DNA from: a candidate division WOR-3 bacterium
GTDB lineage: Bacteria > Hydrothermota > Hydrothermia > JBDRYB01
Assembly (NCBI GenBank): GCA_039803205.1
Contig: JBDRYB010000003.1
Location: 4,999 to 68,998 of the forward strand
Length of the DNA stretch: 64,000 bases
Direction: 5' to 3'
The first letter of the stretch is position 1, and each line of letters opens with the position of its first letter. Positions 9,357 through 18,958 of the stretch are shown here, piece after piece. Below the pieces are notes generated by a model. The model was not told the origin of the DNA. It worked only from the letters and a program-made list of their open reading frames with translations, and searched no databases. The position numbers were made by a program, and so were the translations under genes.

Positions 9357-10298
9357 ATGGCCGAGACAGCAATAACACAAATAAAGGGCCTGAACTGCCC
9401 TAACTGCGGGGATGCTCTTGAGCTTGTGGCTGGTCAGGTTATAGTTGATTGCAAGTCATGCGGAACCCTCTTTAGGGTTGAGGGGCTTCTCGGAACCCCT
9501 CGCTTCCTGGTAAAGAACGCTCTTGATGCGGCGAGGGCTCAGGCTTTAGTCAAGGAATGGCTAAATAGGTGGGGGATCCCCGGTTCCTTCAAGAGAGGCG
9601 TGAAGGTTGAGTCCGCCAGACAGGTCTATGTTCCCATGTGGTTCACTGAGGGCCAGGTCATAGGCTGGCGCCTTGGCTACACCGAATCCACTGATTCCAA
9701 AGGTAATAAAACCAGAACATATCACGAATACAAAGTCAATAGACGGCTCAGGTGGTCAGACCCAGCAACAGGGATAGGGGAGCTATCCGTGACAACCATA
9801 AACCTGGAGGGCCTTCCCCTAAACCACTACTCGGAGGCGGAACGCCCTGAGGGCGAATACCTGGAAATAACCGAAGAGGAAGAGGCCTCGCGGAGAGAAG
9901 CCAAAGAAGGGCTCCTTGCGGCCGCCAGGAGCGGATACCGTTTGGACTATGTCACGGACGAGTTCCTTGAAGTGGTGGATCAGGACTTCTTCCTGGTCTA
10001 TTATCCCTTCTGGCAGGTTACATACTCCTACAAAAACCTGAAGTTCTCAGCGACCGTTGATGGCGCTAGGTCTCAGCTCAGATACGCGAGGGCTCCAAGG
10101 GCAACTGGGTTCCGGATATGGCCTGTTGTGCTAGGCTTGGCCCTTGTTGATCCTCTGATAATGGGCCTCGGAGTCCTCATAACCCAGCTTACCGAGGAGG
10201 GAAAGGTCCTCATAGTTGCTGTGGCACTCCTCTTCGTATTTAACCTTGGGCTAGGGAAAACCATGAAAGGAGGAGGAGAAATTGTCCTCAACAAGTAA
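9357..10298 (+). CDS. Zinc-ribbon membrane protein, paralog 2 of 3
   Basis: NCPNCG...CKSCG zinc ribbon; YVPMWF and LVYYPFWQVTYSYKN motifs homologous to paralog 1; C-terminal TM hairpin; starts 1 nt after paralog 1 stop. Confidence 0.5.
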   Translation: MAETAITQIKGLNCPNCGDALELVAGQVIVDCKSCGTLFRVEGLLGTPRFLVKNALDAARAQALVKEWLNRWGIPGSFKRGVKVESARQVYVPMWFTEGQVIGWRLGYTESTDSKGNKTRTYHEYKVNRRLRWSDPATGIGELSVTTINLEGLPLNHYSEAERPEGEYLEITEEEEASRREAKEGLLAAARSGYRLDYVTDEFLEVVDQDFFLVYYPFWQVTYSYKNLKFSATVDGARSQLRYARAPRATGFRIWPVVLGLALVDPLIMGLGVLITQLTEEGKVLIVAVALLFVFNLGLGKTMKGGGEIVLNK

Positions 10299-10836
10299 AG
10301 AGATAAGGCTTGTGCCGCTCAGATGCCCTGATTGCGATAAGCTCCTTGACAAGAAAGGGGAGCACTTCGCTACATGCAACGCCTGCGGAAAGACATACCA
10401 GGTCACGAGGGCTGGCATCAAGCCAACTCGGATAAGGACTGCAAAGGGCCAGGGCAAAACCCTTAGGCCTTTTTGGGTTTTCAGGTGCGATGTCCAGATA
10501 ACCCACCGGGATGCGAGCGGCAGCGTGGGCAGTTTCTTTGAAAAGCTCCTCGGAGGAGGCTCGGGAAGCGGCGAGATCAGGGTCTTTATTCCGGCCTATC
10601 ATCTTGATTCCGAGGAGATGTTTGAGGTTGCCATGAGAATGACCGAGCGACAACCCAAGTATGAGGCTATGGATATGGGCAACGCAATAGGCATAGTAAT
10701 ACCAGAGGATGAGGCCAAAAGGTATATCGTGCCCGTTGTCATGGGCCTGGAGGTGAGGCGAAAGGACACCCTCCACTCCATACGCTTCAATGTGAAGCTC
10801 AAGGAATCAAGCCTGGATTGGGTCTGGACCGAATAG
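10282..10836 (+). CDS. Zinc-ribbon protein, paralog 3 of 3 (soluble)
   Basis: LRCPDCD...CNACG zinc ribbon; RPFWVFRC and VFIPAYHL segments echo the YVPxW core; overlaps paralog 2 by 17 nt. Confidence 0.45.
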   Translation: MSSTSKEIRLVPLRCPDCDKLLDKKGEHFATCNACGKTYQVTRAGIKPTRIRTAKGQGKTLRPFWVFRCDVQITHRDASGSVGSFFEKLLGGGSGSGEIRVFIPAYHLDSEEMFEVAMRMTERQPKYEAMDMGNAIGIVIPEDEAKRYIVPVVMGLEVRRKDTLHSIRFNVKLKESSLDWVWTE

Positions 10837-10837
10837 G

Positions 10838-12409
10838 GTGAGTCGTCGGTTTGGCTCAGCAGGGGGAGGCCGAGATATGAGATACCTGAAGGAAGCCATT
10901 GGGAAACCAGGGGTTTGGTTCCTCATCTTTCTCGGGCTCTGGGTCGCCGTGAACCTTTATACCCTTATGGGTTTTCCGCCGCAGATAAGCTCTTTTGATG
11001 AGGCCATGAACGCCTCACTCGCTATGGGAATCTGGAAATACGGGGCCATCAAGACCGACATATTTCCCGATTCATACCTCGGCCAATACGGATATGGGGT
11101 CATATCAGCGTGGCTCTACTTTGGAATCCTTGCCGTATTTCTCAAGGTTTTCGGGATAAGCCTCTTCTGGGCAAGGATGGTCTCCCTGCTCTCAGGCGCA
11201 ACGGGGCTTATCCTGGTTTATCTTGCCGGCAGGGAGTTGAAGGACAGCTGGACGGGTTTCCTAGCGAGCGTGTTTCTGGGCACAGAGGCCCTAGTTATGG
11301 ATGTCTCGCACACCGGAAGAACGGATGCCATGATGATCACCATAGTCGCTTTATCACTCCTCTTTTTTATCATGGGGATGAAGCGCCAAAACAACTGGTT
11401 CACAGGGACAGCGGGGTTCATCTCGGTTCTCTCCATTTGGGTTAGGCCGCTCTGCCTGTTTGTTGTTCCAGCATACGCACTTGCCCTATTGGCTATGCTG
11501 AGATGGCGTTCGTTCCTCTGGTTTCTGCTTGGCTGTGCGGTAGGATGCGCTCTCCTCTTTTTCACGAATTACCTTCCCAATATCGGCTATCCCCTTCTCG
11601 GCGATCTGGATGTCGCAAACCAGTATTCTCCAGCTCTTCTTTTGATCCGCGGAAGGTTTTCCGATCTGTGGACTAACCTCTGCTCCAACATCCTCGGGGT
11701 CTTCAGCTTCTTCAAGACCGTCTCGGTTAGATACACCATATTCAAGCTCTCGGTGATCCTTGGCTTCTTAAGTATCCTCATAAACAGAAGGGATGCTAAG
11801 CCCTTTTACGCGCTAGTCATAACGGCAACCCTCGGCGCGTTTTTGATTTGGCCGAGGATGAACTGGCTCTATTTTCCCTCCATAATGCCCTTTTTCGTTC
11901 TCGGCGGGGTTCTGGGCCTGGGGAGATGGAGGCTCGCCAGGATGCTCCTTTTGGCCCTCCTGATGGTTCTCGGTTCCTGGTATCCTTTCGTGCTGAATCA
12001 CAGGTATCGCGATGGAGAGGAGTATTTCGCTAAGGTATTGGATAGGATATCCAGCAGGGTCCCGGCCGGGTCAGTGGTCTTGGGGGATGGTTCTTGGCTT
12101 TGGTGGAACCTGGAGAGAAAGGGCTCAAGGCTCGTCATACCCGTGAGCGAGGATTTTCATAAGGGGAAAGAGAACCTCATGGGTTTCTGCTCAAAATACG
12201 GGGTGGACTACATATACCTCACTTACAGCTCTGATACCTGCGTTCTATTTTACATAGTGCTTACCCCGTATTCCTACTCTCGCCGATTGTTGTCCGAGGA
12301 GGAGAAGGGGTTCATAAATGGACTTGAGGTGGTGGATGTTATACACCTGAAAAAGGGGTTCGGCGGCATGCGTTTTGACAGCCTTGTCCTATACAGAGTG
12401 AATAAATGA
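10838..12409 (+). CDS. GT-C fold glycosyltransferase, PMT_2/ArnT-like (GT39/GT83 family), copy 1
   Basis: More than 10 TM helices; first-loop DE motif SFDEAMNASLAMGIWKYG resembling ArnT/PMT; GTG start directly after the zinc-ribbon gene stop. Confidence 0.6.
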   Translation: MSRRFGSAGGGRDMRYLKEAIGKPGVWFLIFLGLWVAVNLYTLMGFPPQISSFDEAMNASLAMGIWKYGAIKTDIFPDSYLGQYGYGVISAWLYFGILAVFLKVFGISLFWARMVSLLSGATGLILVYLAGRELKDSWTGFLASVFLGTEALVMDVSHTGRTDAMMITIVALSLLFFIMGMKRQNNWFTGTAGFISVLSIWVRPLCLFVVPAYALALLAMLRWRSFLWFLLGCAVGCALLFFTNYLPNIGYPLLGDLDVANQYSPALLLIRGRFSDLWTNLCSNILGVFSFFKTVSVRYTIFKLSVILGFLSILINRRDAKPFYALVITATLGAFLIWPRMNWLYFPSIMPFFVLGGVLGLGRWRLARMLLLALLMVLGSWYPFVLNHRYRDGEEYFAKVLDRISSRVPAGSVVLGDGSWLWWNLERKGSRLVIPVSEDFHKGKENLMGFCSKYGVDYIYLTYSSDTCVLFYIVLTPYSYSRRLLSEEEKGFINGLEVVDVIHLKKGFGGMRFDSLVLYRVNK

Positions 12410-13914
12410 GGGTTCCGAGGGGCCTATTTCGCAAACCGGGTTTCTGGTTTGTCGTTTATATCGTGTTCTGGCTCACGGCAAACCTCATAACGCTTACATG
12501 GTTCCCTGGATGGGACTTGAACCAGGATGAAGCCCTTCACGCCTCATGCGCTTGGGGGATCTGGGAATACGGCGCTGTTAGGTCAGGGTTCCTCCCAGGC
12601 TCATACCTCGGCCAATACGGCTACGGCATGCTATCTAGCTGGATCTACTATGGGATCCTCGCTCTCTTTTTGAAGATTTTCGGGATAGGCATCTTCTGGG
12701 CAAGGCTTCCCTCCCTCCTATCAGGGGCGGCAATCCTACTCTGCACTTACCAGATGGGCAAGGAATTCGGTTCCCCGGCATCAGGGCTTCTGGCGTCCGT
12801 TTTCACGGGCTTTGAGGTATTTTTCCTTAGGGCATCCCATTATACCCGCTCGGATGCCATGCTCGCGGCATGGATATGCGTCTCCGTCCTTCTCTTCCTG
12901 GTGGCCATGAGGCGAAAGGCCTGGTGGATTTTCGCGACCCTGGGCTTCGTATCTGGGATATCGGTTCTGGTAAGACCCTTGGGCATATTTCTGGTCCCGG
13001 GCCTCGCAATGCTCATGATCCTCTCGAGAAGATGGGCCGGCCTCGCTTGGTTCAGTTTGGGCGCGGCTTTGGCTGGTTTCATCATGTTCTTCACAAATTT
13101 CTTGCCCTTCAGGGATTATCCCATCCTCTCTGATATAGATGAGCCAAACCGCTCCTCCCCGATCTTCCTTCTCCTCACCCGCCAATTCCACCTCATACCC
13201 ATCGTGATTGAGTCTAAGACACGGTTTCTCCTTCTGATATTCTTAGGATGGCATGAACCCATTTCAAGGTTCCTCATTCTTCGCGTGACCCTCCTCGCCG
13301 CGACCCTGGGCGCTATGTTAAGGTTCCGGGACTATCCTCTTCTCTACGGTATCCCTCTAGCCCTCACGCTGAGCGCTATATTCTGCTGGCCCTTGCTCCG
13401 CGGCGGGTATCTGATATTCCTCGTTCCCTTGCTTGCTTTGGGGTTCTTCGTGGCGTTTCAAAGGGTCTCGTGGATAAGGTGGGGAATGCTGATATTCGGG
13501 GTCGTGGTGGGGTCTGTGGCCGCTTACAGGAGCACCGAGGAGTGCCGCGCGAACGCGCCCATTCGCAGGCTTGAGAGCATGGTTTTCCGCGAGATTCCCC
13601 CTGGTAAGACCCTCATGATCAATTGGTTCTGGTTCTGGTGGCCCCTTCACCACAGGAATCGGCTTGTCGCTATGGTGGATCAGGATTTCACATGGGGAGA
13701 TCTGAGCTTCGCGGATCTGGTAAAACGCCATGCCCCTGATTACATAGCAGTGGTCTTCTGGAAGGATTTCCTGATATGGCCGAGGCAGATGAACCATGGG
13801 GATACCCTCTATATTTCAGGGTTGGAAAAGATGGCGGGGTTTTACTTTCAGGGCGAGAACAGGTGGAGAGGGTTTGATAGCCTAATAATATACAAGGTTC
13901 CTGATGGTCTTTGA
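12406..13914 (+). CDS. GT-C fold glycosyltransferase, PMT_2/ArnT-like, copy 2 (tandem paralog)
   Basis: NQDEALHASCAWGIWEYG motif; YLGQYGYG and FGIxxFWAR blocks are identical to copy 1; 4-nt overlap with copy 1. Confidence 0.6.
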   Translation: MRVPRGLFRKPGFWFVVYIVFWLTANLITLTWFPGWDLNQDEALHASCAWGIWEYGAVRSGFLPGSYLGQYGYGMLSSWIYYGILALFLKIFGIGIFWARLPSLLSGAAILLCTYQMGKEFGSPASGLLASVFTGFEVFFLRASHYTRSDAMLAAWICVSVLLFLVAMRRKAWWIFATLGFVSGISVLVRPLGIFLVPGLAMLMILSRRWAGLAWFSLGAALAGFIMFFTNFLPFRDYPILSDIDEPNRSSPIFLLLTRQFHLIPIVIESKTRFLLLIFLGWHEPISRFLILRVTLLAATLGAMLRFRDYPLLYGIPLALTLSAIFCWPLLRGGYLIFLVPLLALGFFVAFQRVSWIRWGMLIFGVVVGSVAAYRSTEECRANAPIRRLESMVFREIPPGKTLMINWFWFWWPLHHRNRLVAMVDQDFTWGDLSFADLVKRHAPDYIAVVFWKDFLIWPRQMNHGDTLYISGLEKMAGFYFQGENRWRGFDSLIIYKVPDGL

Positions 13915-15823
13915 GAACCCGGAGGATTACAGAAAGCACTTCTCCAGACTCATAATGCTCGAGCGCTCGGAGGAAATGCGCGCCATGAGGGAGGAGATAC
14001 TCCGGCTATCTGGCGAGGAAAGGCAGGCTACCGGAAGGTGCGTGCTTGACATGAGCCTGTCAGACAAGGGGCCGTGGCTCGGGGGCAGAAGGCTGGTCTA
14101 CTTGTTCCGAGCGGACATGCCTGAGACCGAAATAGGGCCATCTGACATGGTCATGGTTTCTCGGGGCCGCCCGCTCACGGAGGGGATAGCCGGCGTGATC
14201 CTAAAGCGCACGGGAAACGGTTTCGTGGTTGTTCTGGATAGCCCAATATCCTGGAGTAAGGTAAGGGTTGACCTCCTCTCAAACGACATCACATACGAGA
14301 GGATGCTTTTTGCCCTGAAGAACATGGAGGGAGGGCTCTTCCCTTTGGGGTTCATCTTGGGCAAATCTGAGCCGCTCATCCAAAAGGAGGCCATCCGTAT
14401 TCCGGATCACCTCAATCCTTCCCAAGCAAAAGCCCTAATGCTTGCGATGGGATCAAGGCCCATCTTTCTGATCCACGGCCCTTTTGGCACGGGAAAGACC
14501 CTCACCCTCGTTGAAATAATAGCAAAAGCGCTTGAGAGGGGGGAGAGGGTTCTGGCTTGCGGGGACTCAAATGTTGCAACGGACAACCTCTTGGAAGGCC
14601 TGGTCAAAAAGGGCCTAGAACCTCTGAGAATAGGCCATCCCGCAAAGGTATCTCCCCACCTGGTTTCGCACAGCCTTGACGCGATGGTTGAGGCACATCC
14701 GGAATTTGGAAAGTGCCGAAAGCTCTGGGAGGCCATAGAGGAGCTCAAAGCAGAGCAGTCAAGGTATCCGAGGCCAGACCCAGGGTCCCGGCGTGGCTAC
14801 ACCTACCGTGAGATAGAGCGCCTTGCCAAGCATCACAAATCCGGACGCGGAATACCCAGGGAGAGAATAAAGGGAATGGCAGAATGGGTCCTGATCGAGA
14901 AGAAAATAACCGAACTTAGGCAGGAGGCTACCGAGAGGGAGGGCAGGATAATCAACGAGATAATCTCATCCGCCAGGGTGATATGCTCAACCTGCTCTGG
15001 CGCTGGCTCTGAGTTTCTTGAGGGGGAGGATTTTGACCTCCTGGTCCTTGACGAGGCAACCCAGGCAACTGAGCCATCGGCTCTCGTGCCCCTCGTAAAA
15101 GCAAGGAGGGCTGTTCTCGCCGGGGATCACAGGCAGTTGCCTCCGACAGTCATATCCAGGGAGGCTGAGCTGGGCGGCCTTGGCCTCAGTTTTTTCGAGA
15201 GGATGATAGAACTGCATCCGGAGGCTTCCACCCTCCTTGACATCCAATACAGAATGCATCCGGACATAATGGAATTCCCGGCGAAGGCCTTCTACGCCGG
15301 TAAGCTGAGATCCGCAAAAGGGCTTGAGAAAATGAGATTATCCGATCTCCTGGCCATCCCGGCAAGAAACCCGGTTCTCGGAGATAGACCTGTTTTTTTC
15401 GTGGACACCGGAGGAACCCACAGGGAAAGAAGGAGGAAGGGTTCCCCGTCAAGGGAGAACCCGGGCGAGGCCGAGATCGTCAAGGGACTGGTGAAGGAGC
15501 TGCTGGCCCTTGGCCTTGATCCCTCGGAGGTCGGGGTGATAGCGCCCTATGAGGACCAGGTGAAGCTTCTGAGAGGTCTCCTGCCCGATGGGGTTGAGGT
15601 AAAGACGGTTGATGGGTTCCAGGGAAGGGAGAAGGAGGTTATAATACTCTCTCTCGTCAGGTCAAACCCCAAGGGCAAGATAGGGTTTCTCAAGGACAGA
15701 CGCCGCCTGAATGTGGCGATAACCCGCGCGAGGAGGAAGCTCATAGTAATAGGGGACGCGGGGACCCTGGCGAGGGATAAGGTCTACAGGGATTTCGTGG
15801 GGTGGGCGAGGAGGATTAGCTAG
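13904..15823 (+). CDS. SF1 helicase, Upf1/DNA2/NAM7-like (AAA_11/AAA_12)
   Basis: Walker A GPFGTGKT, DEATQ box (LVLDEATQATE), motif V/VI DGFQGREKEVIILSLVRSN, and an N-terminal beta-barrel-like region. Confidence 0.8.
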   Translation: MVFENPEDYRKHFSRLIMLERSEEMRAMREEILRLSGEERQATGRCVLDMSLSDKGPWLGGRRLVYLFRADMPETEIGPSDMVMVSRGRPLTEGIAGVILKRTGNGFVVVLDSPISWSKVRVDLLSNDITYERMLFALKNMEGGLFPLGFILGKSEPLIQKEAIRIPDHLNPSQAKALMLAMGSRPIFLIHGPFGTGKTLTLVEIIAKALERGERVLACGDSNVATDNLLEGLVKKGLEPLRIGHPAKVSPHLVSHSLDAMVEAHPEFGKCRKLWEAIEELKAEQSRYPRPDPGSRRGYTYREIERLAKHHKSGRGIPRERIKGMAEWVLIEKKITELRQEATEREGRIINEIISSARVICSTCSGAGSEFLEGEDFDLLVLDEATQATEPSALVPLVKARRAVLAGDHRQLPPTVISREAELGGLGLSFFERMIELHPEASTLLDIQYRMHPDIMEFPAKAFYAGKLRSAKGLEKMRLSDLLAIPARNPVLGDRPVFFVDTGGTHRERRRKGSPSRENPGEAEIVKGLVKELLALGLDPSEVGVIAPYEDQVKLLRGLLPDGVEVKTVDGFQGREKEVIILSLVRSNPKGKIGFLKDRRRLNVAITRARRKLIVIGDAGTLARDKVYRDFVGWARRIS

Positions 15824-15874
15824 ATATAGAAACCTGAATCCATTTCCCCGCATGAAGAAAACGAGGTTCTGTTC

Positions 15875-16864
15875 CTATTCCACGAAAACCCTAAAAGCCT
15901 GATCCGGTGTATCGCAATATCCGACCTCTTTGGGGTTTGCGGGATCGGAAATATCTATGATTCTCAAGCCGCTATACGTGGCCGCAACATACGCGTAGTT
16001 CCCTGAAACGAAGACGCCGTAGGGTTTGTCCGGAGTCTGGCAATGCCCGACTTCTTTGGGGTTAGTGGGGTCAGATACATCTATCACCCGAAGCGTGGAA
16101 TCCAAAGTGGTCACATAAGCGTAATTCCCAGAGACGAAAACACCCGCAGCGTTGGTAATGGGACATAAGCCAGCAAATGAGGGATTTGTGGGATCGTGAA
16201 TGTCTATTATTACCAGTCCATCATCGCGAGCGGCCAAATAAAGATAGCTCCCTGAGGCATAGACGCCCAGAATATTCCATCCTGACATACAACCATCTGT
16301 AATCACTTGAGGGGATGTTGGGTTAGAGATGTCCACGATAGCGAAGCCGTAATCGAATTCGGTAATGTAAGCGTAGTTTCCTGATACGAAAATTTCCCAA
16401 GCATAAGCAAAATCGCAACTCGCTACCTTTTGAGGAGATGATGGGTTGGATATATCTATGACCCTCATATTGTACCGGTAGGCGCTATCGTATGTCAATA
16501 CATACGCGTAGTTCCCGGAGACGAAGAGGCTGTTGGGATAGTCTATCGCACTACAACAGCCAACCTTTTCTGGAGATGAGGGGTTGGAGATGTCTATTAC
16601 TGCGAGGCCGTTGGGATAATCAGCTATATAGGCGTATTTCCCGGATACGAAAACATCATTGACGGTGTCCTCTGGAGTATTGTAAGAGCCAACCTCTTTA
16701 GGAGCTGAGGGATCAGAGATATCTATGACGCGGAGCCCGGCGTCTACATCTGCCACATATGCATATGGACCTTCACCATGCTCTTCTTTTGCGCAGTTCA
16801 CGAGACCCGCCATAGGGATAAGGGTTATCCCTATGAACAACTTTGTGAGCCCTTTCCTCATCAT
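15875..16864 (-). CDS. LVIVD-repeat beta-propeller lipoprotein
   Basis: Seven repeats of (L/F)(R/A)V(I)D(I)S(D/N)P(S/T)xP; signal peptide with Cys (LVNCAKEE); GGAGG SD. Confidence 0.7.
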   Translation of the reverse strand: MMRKGLTKLFIGITLIPMAGLVNCAKEEHGEGPYAYVADVDAGLRVIDISDPSAPKEVGSYNTPEDTVNDVFVSGKYAYIADYPNGLAVIDISNPSSPEKVGCCSAIDYPNSLFVSGNYAYVLTYDSAYRYNMRVIDISNPSSPQKVASCDFAYAWEIFVSGNYAYITEFDYGFAIVDISNPTSPQVITDGCMSGWNILGVYASGSYLYLAARDDGLVIIDIHDPTNPSFAGLCPITNAAGVFVSGNYAYVTTLDSTLRVIDVSDPTNPKEVGHCQTPDKPYGVFVSGNYAYVAATYSGLRIIDISDPANPKEVGYCDTPDQAFRVFVE

Positions 16865-16915
16865 TTCATTACCTCCTTAAATATCTCCAAGAAGCCGTTT
16901 TTATCTACCGAGAAA

Positions 16916-17197
16916 TTATAGACCCGAACAATGAGCTTCTTCAACCCAGTGCGTTTGCTCACCTGACACATTTATCCTCATCCTCTTCTTGTAGGCCTTT
17001 AAGGGATTGTTTTCATCGTAAACGGCAAAGACCAGGAGCCTCTCTTCTGTCTCTCTCAGGTATGTTGGCTCCATGAGGCAAACGGTGCCTTCATCCCCAT
17101 CAGCGAATATCCTGCTGAGCCCAGCCATTATCTCCTCTTCCATCTCAGCAAGTTTCCTCAGTTTCCTCCTCAGCCCTTCAAGATTAAGGCCCTCCAT
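16916..17197 (-). CDS. Small hypothetical protein
   Basis: 93-aa ORF in a gap between genes; no SD and no motif. Confidence 0.2.
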   Translation of the reverse strand: MEGLNLEGLRRKLRKLAEMEEEIMAGLSRIFADGDEGTVCLMEPTYLRETEERLLVFAVYDENNPLKAYKKRMRINVSGEQTHWVEEAHCSGL

Positions 17198-17284
17198 AAA
17201 ACTTGAACCAGCATGACCCGTAGCTTTAGACTATGCACATAACATAGAGCCGGATCTAAAAGTGATTATTGGAGGTTTAGCACT

Positions 17285-18901
17285 ATGAATGGGACAAAGA
17301 TAGGTGTGGCCTTTGTCCTTTCGGTGGGTTTTGCCTGGGCTGGGTTTGTGGCTCAGTACCTTTCTGAAATGGACCAGGCCACCAGAGAGAATGCTGTGAT
17401 AATCTTGGACTGGGCAGGAGCCCACACAGATGAGATGCTTCACGCTGAGTATCTCTGGAACACTGGGAGATACGATGAGGCTATATCCGCGATAGAAGCG
17501 CTGGAGCTTGAGTATGGGGATATGTGTATCGGAGTATCCTGGCGAAAACCAATAGAAACAGAAGGCCCAAAGTGGGGAACGGATGTTAGGGTTACTCCTA
17601 TCCCAAATAATGTCGTCGATATAGAGCTGGTTAAGGCCGCTGGCAACAACAACCTCTTTATAGCTGCCAGAGGCGACACAGCTGGACTTTACCAGTGGTG
17701 GTTGTATATCTCCACGAATGGAGGAGCGAGCTGGGCTATGGCGGATTCCTGGGCTAGCACTGCGCCATTTACAGATGTAGACATAGCGGAACTTGGGGAT
17801 GGTTATATATACCTGGCCTATTCCAACATGCGCGTTGAGCCTAAAGTGGTAAAAATGGTGAGGTTCAATGAGACAACAGGGGCATTCGATAATTCGTATG
17901 ATTTTTTTGATGCGGCTTTCGCGAACGACACCATATCTGAGATAAAACTGGAGCCATATCGGGGTTCTGTTCAGCAGTTATATCTCCTCTTTCTTGACAA
18001 AAGCCATAATCTTTACTATTTCTGGGGCACTAACGGAGGAACAACCTGGTATGATGCCAGCCCAGGAGTTACGGATGCAAGGAGCGGAATTGACATGGAT
18101 TTTGGTTCCATGAGCGGTTCTCAACACTACCTATGGATAAGCTGGATAAACACATCTGGATACCTTCGGGCTGCTGGTAGAGTATCTGGTTCCTGGAAGT
18201 TTTACACCCCTATCTATTCCGTGAATGTAGCTTTTGGCACCAAAATAGCACAGCACGGGGATACTGTGATAATTCTAGATTCAGACATATATGCGGGCTA
18301 CCTTGAATACTTTATAACCTTTGATGACGGAAACACCTGGGGGTATGGGATCATATACGATTCTACTCAAGCTGGTGCCTTTGATGTAACCGGACGAGGA
18401 AACCAAGGCTGGCATGTTTCGTTCTGCAATTACAACCAATCGGGCAACAGTATCATGAAATACAGAAAGAGGCCCTATTCCGGAAACTGGGGTAATGTAG
18501 TGAGCTTTGGAGACAGGAACGCGTTCTTCAGCTACCACAGCTCAATTGATTACATCGGAGCAGGTGCTTATGGTGTTGCCTACATAGACTATCTTCGTAT
18601 TGTCTGGTTCGATAGATCCGATTGGACGGATATCGCCGAATCCTCGTTTAGGCCTCTGCCCATGGATTTCAGAGCCATTCCAGGAGCGGGAAGGACAACG
18701 CTTTCATTTGTTCTACCGGAGGCCGGCTTCGCAAGCTTGAAGATATATGATGCTCGCGGCGCGCTTGTGAACGATCTATCGGGAAACTATGCGGCTGGAC
18801 CAAATAGGGTTGAGTTCGTGCCTGACAAAAGCGGAAGCTACTTCGTTTTGCTCTCAACTGGAAAGGAGAGCGTGAGAGCGGGTTTTGTGGTGGTGAAATA
18901 G
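17285..18901 (+). CDS. Secreted BNR/Asp-box repeat protein with T9SS-type C-terminal sorting domain
   Basis: Signal peptide; Asp-box-like STNGGASW, TNGGTTW and FDDGNTW; C-terminal ...SYFVLLSTGKESVRAGFVVVK tail; GGAGG SD. Confidence 0.55.
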   Translation: MNGTKIGVAFVLSVGFAWAGFVAQYLSEMDQATRENAVIILDWAGAHTDEMLHAEYLWNTGRYDEAISAIEALELEYGDMCIGVSWRKPIETEGPKWGTDVRVTPIPNNVVDIELVKAAGNNNLFIAARGDTAGLYQWWLYISTNGGASWAMADSWASTAPFTDVDIAELGDGYIYLAYSNMRVEPKVVKMVRFNETTGAFDNSYDFFDAAFANDTISEIKLEPYRGSVQQLYLLFLDKSHNLYYFWGTNGGTTWYDASPGVTDARSGIDMDFGSMSGSQHYLWISWINTSGYLRAAGRVSGSWKFYTPIYSVNVAFGTKIAQHGDTVIILDSDIYAGYLEYFITFDDGNTWGYGIIYDSTQAGAFDVTGRGNQGWHVSFCNYNQSGNSIMKYRKRPYSGNWGNVVSFGDRNAFFSYHSSIDYIGAGAYGVAYIDYLRIVWFDRSDWTDIAESSFRPLPMDFRAIPGAGRTTLSFVLPEAGFASLKIYDARGALVNDLSGNYAAGPNRVEFVPDKSGSYFVLLSTGKESVRAGFVVVK

Positions 18902-18904
18902 ACT

Positions 18905-18958
18905 AGGAAACGGAGGAGCAAAGCGCGAGAACAGTAAAGACGCCCGTTTCCTTTTCCT
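18905..18958. terminator. Bidirectional terminator-like hairpin between convergent genes
   Basis: aggaaacgg ... ccgtttcct stem followed by a T-rich tract. Confidence 0.35.

Noticed and set aside
12781-13191. Several 60-140 aa - strand ORFs within the GT-C genes
   Set aside because: Antisense to genes with strong TM and motif evidence.
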